DNA from: Prasinococcaceae sp. CCMP 1430
Taxonomy: Eukaryota > Plantae > Prasinodermophyta
Reading direction: 5' to 3'
Length of the DNA: 52,376 bases
Assembly: GCA_013416795.1 (NCBI GenBank)
Contig: RQSC01000750.1
Span: 70,888 to 123,263, forward strand
The notes beneath the pieces were generated by a model, which searched no databases, was not told the origin of the DNA, and saw only the letters and a list, made by a program, of their open reading frames with translations. This document shows, piece by piece, positions 22,050-30,967 of the stretch (positions are counted from its first letter, which is position 1; every line of letters begins with the position of its first letter). The position numbers and the translations under genes are program-made.

Positions 22050-22556
22050 TCACTTGCCCGCCTCCTCGGGCGTCTTGCACGTCATGGCATCGACGGCATG
22101 CACCGTCTCTGTTCGCGCGAGTGGTGGATGCGACGCGCGGAGGAAGGGGGTAAGTTGTCGCAATGGAGGGGTGGAGCGGGAGTGGGGGTCAGCGAGGTGT
22201 GCTGGCGCCAGGAGCTTCGCCAAAACATCGCACGGACGGCCCCGCGCTCGGCGGGCCGCGCGTGTTGATTGAGCGGGCGTGCAGCGCCCATGGCATGGCA
22301 CGCTGTGGTGAAGGGTCGCAACCGCAGGGCACGGCGCGACGCACGCACCCTGCATCTCCTGCCATATAGCCTTGTACACGAGCCTCTGGCGCTGCACGGA
22401 GTTCTTCCCCTCGAACATGGTCGAGACGACGTCAATGCTGACATGCTGATTATCACCGTACGCGTCCTGGATCTCGACGCTCTGCGCCTCGAGCGCCTCG
22501 GTGATCTTGACCTTCATGCCCTCGATCACCGCGCCGGTGATGTTGTTGTCCGACAT
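22050..22556 (-). CDS. BolA4: Plastid BolA4-type domain (intron 22109-22348); in frame with the upstream RUS coding region
   Basis: MKVKITEALEAQSVEIQDAYGDNQHVSIDVVSTMFEGKNSVQRQRLVYKAIWQEMQ|ETVHAVDAMTCKTPEE matches plant BolA4. TGTAA at 21910-21914 (minus). Confidence 0.9.
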   Translation of the reverse strand: MSDNNITGAVIEGMKVKITEALEAQSVEIQDAYGDNQHVSIDVVSTMFEGKNSVQRQRLVYKAIWQEMQGACVAPCPAVATLHHSVPCHGRCTPAQSTRAARRARGRPCDVLAKLLAPAHLADPHSRSTPPLRQLTPFLRASHPPLARTETVHAVDAMTCKTPEEAGK

Positions 22557-22699
22557 GTTCTCGCCGCTACCTGCGGCGGCCGCCGCGCTGATGAGGCGCG
22601 CGTTGGGGCCGCGCTGCCTCGCGGGGGTCACGCGGCGCGCGTCTCCGCCGGCGGCGCGCGGCACGGCCTCCGCAGCCTGCGGCGCAGAGGGACCGGAGG

Positions 22700-23530
22700 A
22701 CGCGCGGAGCTCCGCCGCGGCCAGCGCCGCCTCGCGAGCGAAGCGCGGCGAGCACTCCGGCGGCAGGCACGCGCCGACCGCGCCGCCGCGCGACCTGTCC
22801 AAGCCGACGATGTACGGCACCTCGGCGGTCCCATCGGCAGCGTCGCCGCCGTCAGGGTCGGCGGTCGGATCAGACGCGCTCGCGAGACACGCCTCGGCGA
22901 GAGCGGAAAGCTCGGCGTGCCCAACGGCGAGCACGTGGAGCGGCGCTCCTATCTGCACGGCGCCCTCGGGCAGCCGGCTCGCGTACACGCCCTCGAGCTC
23001 CGCCACCTCGGCGGGAGTGGGGACGCACGCCGCGTCGCCGTTGGCACCCGCTCCCTCGCGCCTCGCGCGCACGAACGCCTCCGCGCACAGCGCCAGTCGC
23101 CGCCGGTTGAGCGTGGGCAGCTCCAGCGCCCTCGCGGCGCCCCAGCAGGTGAAGTTGTGCCCGGCGAAGACCCCCGCGTACGCGGCGAGCACGGGCAGCG
23201 CCGACACGTGCTCGGCGCCCACACCCGCGCCGTCGACGTCCGCGCCCGCGGCGGCGGCCGTCGCGCGGAAGAGGAGCAGCCCCAGCGGCAGCGACACAAG
23301 CGCGAGCAGCCTGCCCTGCACCTCCAGCTTGGCGCGCACGTCAGCGAAGTTCTCCGCGGCGCCCAGGTGGCGCATGATGGTGCCGTTGAGCAGCGAGTTG
23401 CGGCCGACCAGCGCGAGCGAGCGCACGAAGGCGGCGCCGCCCGCCAGCGGCAGGAACGCGCCGGGAAACGCCGGCGTCGCCAGCTCCATCGCGCGCGCCA
23501 CGTCCTCGAGCGCGCTGCTCGCCACCTGCG

Positions 23531-23563
<33 letters not shown>

Positions 23564-25253
23564 GGGGGGGGGGGGGGGGAGGAAGGGAGCAGCGCGGCCG
23601 TCGCGCGCGCAGGGCGTGCGGGAGCAGCCCGTCGGGACGGGGCGGCGAGCGGCCGCTGCGTGGCGACCATGCCCAAGGCGCCGGTCACCGACAAGGCGGC
23701 GCCTGCGGCGGACGAGCCCGTCGAGGCGATGGACGCAGACGACGTGCTTCGCCCGCTCCCGCGCCCGACGTTTGCGCCGCTGGATGCAAAGGAGCTTGCG
23801 GCCGCTGCTGCGGGTACCGGCGGCGTGCTCAAGGGCAAGACGGCCGAGTACCGCAAGGTGGGCGTGCCGTCGCACCGCTACACGCCGCTGAAGGAGAAGT
23901 GGATGGAGCTCTACACGCCGCTGGTCGAGCACATGAAGCTGGACGTGCGCATGAACCTCAAGACTCGCAAGGTCGAGCTCAAGACCACGAAGAAAACCGA
24001 ACTGCAGGGGGCGCTGCAGAAGGGTGCGGACTTCGTGCACGCTTTCGTCTTGGGCTTCGATGTCGCCGACGCTATCGCGCTCCTGAGGCTTGACGACCTG
24101 TACGTGGAGAGCTTCGAGATCAAGGATGTGAAGACACTCCGTGGCGAGCACCTTGCCCGCTGCATCGGTCGTATTGCCGGCAAGGGCGGCAAGACGCGCT
24201 TCACCATTGAGAACGCTACACGCACGCGCATCGTGCTCGCCGACACGCACATCCACCTGTTGGGCGCCTTCGCCAACATCAAGGCCGCGCGCGACGCCAT
24301 CTGCGCGCTCATCCTCGGCTCCCCGCCCGGCAAGGTGTACTCGCGGCTGCGCGCCGCGAGCGCCAGGCTACTCAGCTCGTGAGAGCCCTCGTGAGACCCC
24401 TGTATCGTATGTACGCGCTGTAACACATTTCGGTTAGATTGAGAAAATTTGGGTACATCCTCGCCAGATGGGATAGTTTCCTTTCACTTTTGATACCTTC
24501 GAGCGTGCAGGGTTTCGAAAAGTGGTTCTTGATGGTGTGCAACGTGTACTTTTGTGTGGGGCTTGCGCGCGCGCGCGAGCGGGCGTGTGGCACACTGCGG
24601 CAACGGCGCGGGGTGAGGTAGGATGTGAAGGGGGGGCTTGCGGTCAGCGGTGCTACGGCGAGACGCGACGCCGCGTGTGCGTGACATGGTGCAATGCGGG
24701 TGCTCACAAGCGTGCACGTGGCACGTCGCAGCGGGCGCGTGGACGCGGACGCGCGTGGACGCACCCAGAAGCGTTTGGGGTCCTCGTCGAAGCGCTGGCC
24801 GCCGACGGTCCCGCTGATCAGCGTCGCCACCGAGCCCAGGCCATCCTTCAGCACCCATTTCGCGGCGGCCGCGAGCGGCACCGCCGCGACGCCGGTCGCG
24901 CCGCCCGCGCCGCCGAGGCCCACAGCGACCACCAGGCTCTGCGCCGTGAGCACCTCGAGCATGTGCCGGCACAGGATGCTGCTCAGATGCCACGGCAGCC
25001 ACGCGGCGTAGTAGCCGCCCGCGCCGCCGCCCGCTCCCCACACCCGTGGCCGAGGGACGTGGGCGGACCGAGCTGGGGGGGGGTGAAGGGGTTCAAAGGC
25101 GCGGAGCGGTGCGCGCCAGGGAGGGTCGGGTTCTGGTCGGGTGCGCCGAGGGGGGGAAGCGGGGGAGGGGGTTCGGGGCCGCCGCAAAGCGGGCGCCAGC
25201 GGGGACGCGCAGCAGTGCGCGCGCGCCCGGCGCGCGCCCGCGCCCCTCGACAT
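22700..25253 (-). CDS. ROOT UVB SENSITIVE (RUS/DUF647) family protein with a transit-peptide-like N-terminus; exons 25253-24765 and 23525 onward, intron 23526-24764
   Basis: YYAAWLPWHLSS...LTAQSLVVAVG...AAAAKWVLKDGLGSV...QRFDEDPKRFW|VASSALEDVARAMELATPAFP...ENFADVRAKLE...LPTLNRRRL. Phase-0 TGG|GTGCGT donor and poly-C..GCAG acceptor. Confidence 0.85.
23532..23579. repeat. Poly-G tract (G31-A-G16); forms the polypyrimidine tract of the RUS intron on the minus strand
   Basis: Directly visible; immediately precedes the minus-strand CAG acceptor at 23528-23526. Confidence 0.9.
23669..24382 (+). CDS. PNO1: Pre-rRNA-processing KH-domain protein PNO1/DIM2, intronless, nested antisense in the RUS intron
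   Basis: RKVGVPSHRYTPLKEKWMELYTPLVEHMKLDVRMN...DAIALLRLDDLYVESFEIKDVKTLRGEHLARCIGRIAGKGGKTRFTIENATRTRIVLAD..IHLLG.F.NI..ARDAIC.LILGSPPGKVY. Has its own TGTAA at 24419-24423. Confidence 0.96.
   Translation: MPKAPVTDKAAPAADEPVEAMDADDVLRPLPRPTFAPLDAKELAAAAAGTGGVLKGKTAEYRKVGVPSHRYTPLKEKWMELYTPLVEHMKLDVRMNLKTRKVELKTTKKTELQGALQKGADFVHAFVLGFDVADAIALLRLDDLYVESFEIKDVKTLRGEHLARCIGRIAGKGGKTRFTIENATRTRIVLADTHIHLLGAFANIKAARDAICALILGSPPGKVYSRLRAASARLLSS
24419..24423 (+). terminator. TGTAA (UGUAA) chlorophyte-type polyadenylation signal; sense-strand copies also at 1112, 4240, 14384, 16031, 21910, 40094, 46621 and 50982
   Basis: Each copy lies about 25-215 nt downstream of a stop codon on the coding strand of the adjacent gene. 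UGUAA is the established poly(A) signal of Chlamydomonas and other chlorophytes. Confidence 0.75.
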
Positions 25254-25546
25254 TCACATCCCACTTCGTGGTCAGATTCACCCACGGGCGCCTCCCTTCC
25301 CCCCGCGCGCGCCGCGCGGGGTGTGCGTTCCGGCCTGCGCACGAGATCTATCCGACGAGCCTTATCGTTATCTCGAAATCCGATCCGAGCCGCCGCTGTG
25401 CGCCGCGCCCATCAGGGCGCAGGCGCGCGCCCGCGGGCCCGCAATTTCGAGATCCGAGATCCATGGTCAAAAAGAGAGTCGAAAACTGGTATCGCGAAGA
25501 TCTGGGGACGACGCCCGCTCCGGCCACGCGGAGAGCGCCGGGGGGG

Positions 25547-26697
25547 ATGGGGCGGGGCACGGGGGGAAGAGCGGCGGCGACGACGCCCCGCGGCGCGAGT
25601 CGGAGCAGCGCGCGGCGCGCGAGCCAGAGAGTACGCGTCGAGGCCGCCGCCGCGCGCGCGGCGGCTCGCGCCCGCGGGCGCGGGCGGGCAGGCGTACTCG
25701 GCGACGCACCAGCAGCTCTGGAAGGACGACGACAAGGCGGACGGCGAGGGCGAGGTGCGCCGCGCGCGTGCTCCTGCGGACACATGCGCGCGCTCGAGGA
25801 ATGCACCGAGTTGTCTGCGCTCGTGCTGACCGCGCGCCCGTCTCCGCGTGCTCCGCGCGATCGCTCGCGTGTGGTGGCGGCATCCGCGCGCGTTCGCTGG
25901 CGCAAACCCTGCTGCCCTCAGGAGAAGGAGGTGGGGCCCCCGCCCCCTCCTCCGCGAGTCACCAGGGATCTCGTCGACGTGTCATTCGCGAGAAGTGGCG
26001 GTGCGGGCGGCCAGAACGTGAACAAGGTCAGTGGCCCGCGCACTCGTGCCGAGGCGCTTGCGCGCTGCGCGCGGCTGCGCGCGTGCCCTGCCGGAGCCAC
26101 GGAGCGAACGAGGCCCCCCGCGCGGGCGCTGACAATGGGCTCTCGGTCCATCTCCGCGCGTACCTCCCTCCGACAGGTCAACACCAAGGCGGACATGCGC
26201 TTCAACGTGCTCGAGGCGGACTGGATCGACGACAAGGTCAAAGATGTCTTGCTCGAGCGCGAGGCCAATCGCATCAACAACGAGGGCGAGTTGGTGATCA
26301 CATCCACCAAGCATCGCACGCAGTCCGCCAACGTTGACGACGCACTGAAAAAGATGCAGGTCGTGCTCAACGACGCCAACAAGGCCGCGTACCCGCGCGA
26401 GGCGTCCGCCGAGAAGAAGAAGAAGATCAAGGGGCTCGCGAAGAAAGCAAACCAGCGGCGCCTGGACAACAAGTGAGGCAGCGCCGCAACGCCGCCCAGC
26501 CAGTGCCATGCTCCGCGGCGCTGCCCGATGGCCGCTCGTCCTCTCCCAGGGGAGCGTCTCCGTTGACACGCGATGTGCACTTCCTCCCCCTCCCGCACAC
26601 CCACACTCCCCACCCGCCGCGCGCGCGTGATGCGCACTGCAGGAAGAAGCACTCAGACAAGAAGAAGGGCAGGCGCGACAAGGGCAGCTGGGACTGA
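25547..26697 (+). CDS. ICT1: Organellar peptidyl-tRNA hydrolase ICT1/ArfB-like (GGQ); exons 25547-25630, 25692-25754, 25922-26026, 26177-26472, 26643-26697 (alternative ATG at 25463)
   Basis: VSFARSGGAGGQNVNK|VNTKADMRFNV...RINNEGELVITSTKHRTQSANVDDALKKM and a basic tail RRLDNK|KKHSDKKKGRR. All junctions are GT..AG in phase. Confidence 0.9.
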
Positions 26698-26897
26698 CGA
26701 GTGACGAGCAGCCAAGCTGTGTCGCCTGCCTATCTAGCTAGCTCTAGCTACTAGAGAAAGAGGGGTGGGGGCGGGGTCGTGGGGGCAGGAAGACGCCTCG
26801 ACAACGAATGGTAGTACCCGATATTATTCCCCAATGCTCCGCCGCCCGCCTGCCCGCCCGCCCGCAGACGGGCAGCGCATTATTATGCCCGCGCCTA

Positions 26898-27666
26898 CTA
26901 GTCCTCCTCGGTCGCGTTCGCGGCCTTGAACTCCCAGTTGGCCCTATTTCAGCGCGCGGCGAGACAGGCGGCGCGGTCAGCGGCCAGTGGGGGCGACGGG
27001 GCAACGCGCTCAGCACGTGCGCGCTGTGAGCATTCCAGGAGTGCTGACATCACGTACCGACAAATGGGACACTTGGGCTGCTCAGCGCCCTGCGCGCCTA
27101 GCCACTTGGTGATGCACTGCAGGTGGAAAGCGTGGCCGCACTTGCCCCACACGACGGGCGAGTCGTCGCCCGGGAACTTCTCGCCCGGCGCGCACGCCTC
27201 GAATGCGAGCCGGCAGATGCCGCACACGTCGTCTCCCGCGTTCCAGTTCCACACGCCGACCGCGTGCCACCGGCGCACGCGCACCGTGAAGCCGCCAGTG
27301 CCGCCGCTGCCGCCGCCGCCGCTCGCGCTGCCTTGCGCAGCGCTGCTGCGCGCGCGCGTGAGAGAGAGAGAGAGAGAGAGCGGCGCGGTGCGCGACAGCG
27401 GCGGCAAACGCGCGTGTTGCAGGCGGAGAGGGGACGGAACTAGGATCAGCAACGCGCGCGGCGATTCGACAGGAAGAGCGGACGCCCTTCTCCTCCCTCC
27501 CACCCACCTGACCGGCCACACGTCCGTGGCCCCCCGCCCGCACCGCCCGCCCGCCCGTCCCTCCGCCCGCGGGAGGCTCCCCCTCCCCCTCCCCGTCGCC
27601 CACGCACTCGCACTCGAGGCCGTCAGGGGCCCCGTTCCTACCCACAGCACCTCGTCCTGTTGCCAT
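26898..27666 (-). CDS. APC11: Anaphase-promoting complex subunit 11 (RING-H2); RING exon ~27331-27058, last exon 26943-26898; the only nearby start is ATG 27666 via an intron
   Basis: VRVRRWHAVGVWNWNAGDDVCGICRLAFEACAPGEKFPGDDSPVVWGKCGHAFHLQCITKWL...CPICR|ANWEFK. Confidence 0.93.
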
Positions 27667-29700
27667 CGCCGGCTCTGAACCCATCTCCGTCCCTTCAGCC
27701 AGCGCGGGCTCCTCCGACTCCTCCGCCGCCGCCGCAACCGCCAGCTCCTCGGACTCCTCCGACTCCTCCGACCCCTCCGCCATCTCCGCCATCTCCGCCT
27801 CCTGCTCGGCGTGGGCCAGGTCGTCGGATGGGTGGTCATCGAAGCGGCGCTGGCCGATGATCCACCAGACGACGGCGAAAAGATAACTCACTGCCATTAG
27901 ACCACACCCACCCCAAAGCCAGGTGAGCGCCTTGCCGAGACCTTTGCGGGGTGCACAGTGCTCAACGTGATGCTCGAACAGCGCCTCGAGCATGAAGGAG
28001 CAGCTTGAGGTGGCAGTGGCCTTGTCCATCGCACGTATCACTTCTCGGCCGGCAAAGGCGATGGGCAGGACTGCTGCCGGTGCGGAGCCATTGGCGTACG
28101 CGGCGTCGAGCCCACCCAGGGTGGTCATGGACAGGTTGAGCGCGTTATCATGACAATCCAATTCGAGGAAGCGCGTGAGCGGCCCGGTGGCACAGCCCAT
28201 GTACATCGAGCAGAACGGCACGCACAGCGGCGGGGCGGGGCTCGCGGCGCCGCTGATGGCAGCGTTGGCGGCCTCGGCGCTCTCTGCCGCCCAGCCTCGC
28301 ATAGCACTGAGCAGCTGCTCGCGCTCCGAGCGGCTCGGACACGGGAGCGCCACCTGCAAATACGATGCCGGCGGCGCGCACGTGTCGCAGGTAGCCTCGT
28401 CGTACTGTTCGATGGCCTGGCAGAAGTCCTCGGCCAGCAGGCTCGCTGTTCTGATCGCGCCGAAGTTAATCCAGCACGCGGAGAGCAGGAGAACGCCGAC
28501 TGGAATGACAATGTCGAGCGTCTTCAAGCGCGTGCGCGCGCGGCGCGGCCCACCGACGCGTGTCAGCCGCCCGGCGCACGCGCGGGCGGGGGCGCCGGCG
28601 TGCGCGCGCGCGCGCGCTGGGCGCGCGCACCTTGCGGTAGTCCATGAAGGTGCACACGAAAGACAGCCCGCAAATCGTCACCACGCACGTGCCAACGGCA
28701 AGACTAACTGTCGCCATGACGGAGATATAGCGCGCCGACTTTGTGCGCGCCTTGCCAATGTCCTCGCCCATGCCTTCAAGCATGCTAGCCAGCCGTTCCG
28801 TGCTGGCGGCTAACGCCGAGTGATACGAGCCTGCGTCGTCGTCATACGCAGCCCAGGCGTTCGCCAACGCTGAATCCAAGCCGTCAACGTCGCGGGCAGC
28901 TTTCGCGACTGCTTCCGTGACCTCATCAAACGCCCAGTTGAGTTGCGTCTCAATAGTGGAGGCACCGCCCAGCACCAGAAGCGCTCCCATGAGGGCGAGT
29001 GACCCGAAGACGTAGATGCACGTCTGCCGAACGCTCGCGCGCTGCGTCAGAGTGGGAGACTATTCGGGGGCGCAAGGACAGCCCCGTGCGTGCTCGTGCG
29101 CTCTCGCTTTGCATGAGAGATTCCTTTGCATGTACGACAGCAATGCGCTGCGCTGGCGCGCGCACCTTGAGCACCGTGACCTTGCGCCTCGTGTAGTCAC
29201 ACTTGCGAGGCTTGGGCAAGAATTCCCGGCAGAACACACTGTGAGACCGCGCGAGATGCATGGCAGTCCTGAGCGCCGCAATGACCAGCACGAGCACGGC
29301 GATGGCGTAGCCGAAGATACCGGTCGAGCTCAGGCCAATCCAGTACTCCGGCAAGTCGGGCCGAAAGCCGCACGTGTACGCCTCCGAGCTGGTGAGGTAG
29401 CGTCTCTGGGATGCGGCGACTCGCAGCGGGCTGTCACACGGCATGTCGCTCACCGGTCCGTTCTTGGGTGCGTTGATTGCCTCGCACATGGCAATGCCCC
29501 ATTCGAGCGGGCCGCCGCGGCTGCAGCACGTGTACGCCTCGCCGGCGCATCCCTCCACGAGCGCCGCCGACCCGTAGTCGGCGGCGCCACATACCTGTGC
29601 GAACGTCGGCGGAGCGCACGCCGGCGCTGCCGCCGCGGCGCGGGAGGCGACCGCCGACGCGCGCGAGTCCGCGGCCGAGCGCGCGCGCGGCGAAGGACAT
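27650..29700 (-). CDS. Multi-pass membrane protein, Tweety-like/plant uncharacterised family; exons ~29700-29166, 29041-28631, 28521-~27650; no stop before APC11
   Basis: About five hydrophobic helices, Cys-rich extracellular segments and an acidic C-tail. AAG|GTGCGC donors join in phase 0. The ATG at 29700 needs a frameshift or small intron to reach the main frame. Confidence 0.55.
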
Positions 29701-30820
29701 CAACGCTCGGCTCGGCGGCGCTCCGTGCGGAGGGGGCGCAGTGGCGCCAACGCCCGCGCCCCACCGCACCACCCACCCACACCCACCCACACACACCTAC
29801 CCGGCGCGTCGAGGGCGAGTGAGGGGACGATGGCGATGATGCTCGCTCACAACCCTCCAAAAAAAAACATTTCCGGCGCAAAATCGCGCGAACCGCGCGC
29901 GCATCCGCAACCGGAACCACATCATTTTTTTTGTAAAAAGCATTTGTGGTCAAACTACGTGTAAGAAGTCACTCTTGTGTGTGTACGTTCGTTCGTGTGT
30001 GGACGCACACCAACGCGAGTGTTTAGGGTATTTAATGCAACCTCAACTCACCTCACGGGCGCGCGGTGGTGGTAAAATATATGTATTCCCCGGCTTTTAA
30101 TATAGACCCTACTTACGTCAAAACGCGTCCGAGCCGACAGCGAGCGCGCGGCGGCTGCTGCGGCGGCTGCTCGGCGCGGGCGCGCCACACGGTTGAGGTG
30201 GCAGCCGCACGCACCCGCCCCGGGCGCATCAGCCGGGCGACAGGCTGTTCATAGAAACGTGTCACGAGCGCCCGCGCGCGCGAGCCCTCCCCCCAATCCC
30301 GGCGGCGGCGGTTTGATTTTGACCTAAACCCATCAAAACGCACCCTCAATCAATTTTACGAAAGTTGAGTACCTTCGCACTTACGCCAAACGTCAGACAC
30401 ATATATAAATATGTTTCATGAGGACTGATGAAAACGCGGAAGAGAGCTCCCGAATTTTTGGAGAGTACAGTTTGTCCTCGCAGCGCTTTGCATTGGTTGG
30501 ACGACGGCGGAGGCCAGCGCGCGAGGCCGTACACCGTCTGTCGGAGGAGGCCGCGGCACCGTGCGATCATTCCCTGCACTGCGCGCGTCCCGCGGCGCGC
30601 AGCCGCGCCCCCACTGAGGTCGGACGGCTCCATCTGGCCCTGGGTGTGTGTGCGGGCCGCGCGCCCCCACCCTCGCTCTCCGGCCGGTCGTCGGTGGCCC
30701 AGCCAGCGAGCGCGCTCGGGCAGCACGCGGCGGCAGCTTCCGCCTGTGTTTTTTAGTACAGGTAGCCCAGACAAGACTGCACTCTAAAGTACCATCAGAT
30801 AGTACTGCAGGGGTACTTCG

Positions 30821-30930
30821 ATTAGGGTTCGGATTTGGGTTTGGGTATCGAGTAGTAGGGTATGGTCACAGCGGCGCTCGGCGGTCGGTCGGAGGTGAAA
30901 ACGCATCTGTGACTTTTGGGTTTTAGGGTT
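30821..30930 (+). promoter_or_regulatory. Degenerate telomere-like/telo-box cluster (TTAGGGTT..TTTGGGTTTGGG; TTTTGGGTTTTAGGGTT) upstream of the ankyrin-nuclease gene
   Basis: Motifs directly visible; other T(T)TAGGG/CCCTA-like copies occur near 17801, 18345, 30023 and 30322 in intergenic DNA. Function inferred from plant telo-boxes. Confidence 0.35.
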
Positions 30931-30967
30931 CGCGCTTTTTAAAGATGAAGGTCGCGGCGCGCCGGCG

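Noticed and set aside
22269-24256. Long antisense/alternate-frame ORFs over RUS, PNO1 and other genes
   Set aside because: Shadow ORFs expected from high-GC codon bias; the recognisable domains lie in the annotated frames.
30322-30330. CCTAAACCC as a possible telomerase RNA template
   Set aside because: No USE/TATA at Pol III spacing and no supportable pseudoknot; similar telo-like motifs occur in several promoters.
30425-30455. CTGATGA as a hammerhead core or U3/C-box
   Set aside because: No GAAA/stem II partner, no D box and no U3 5' domain.
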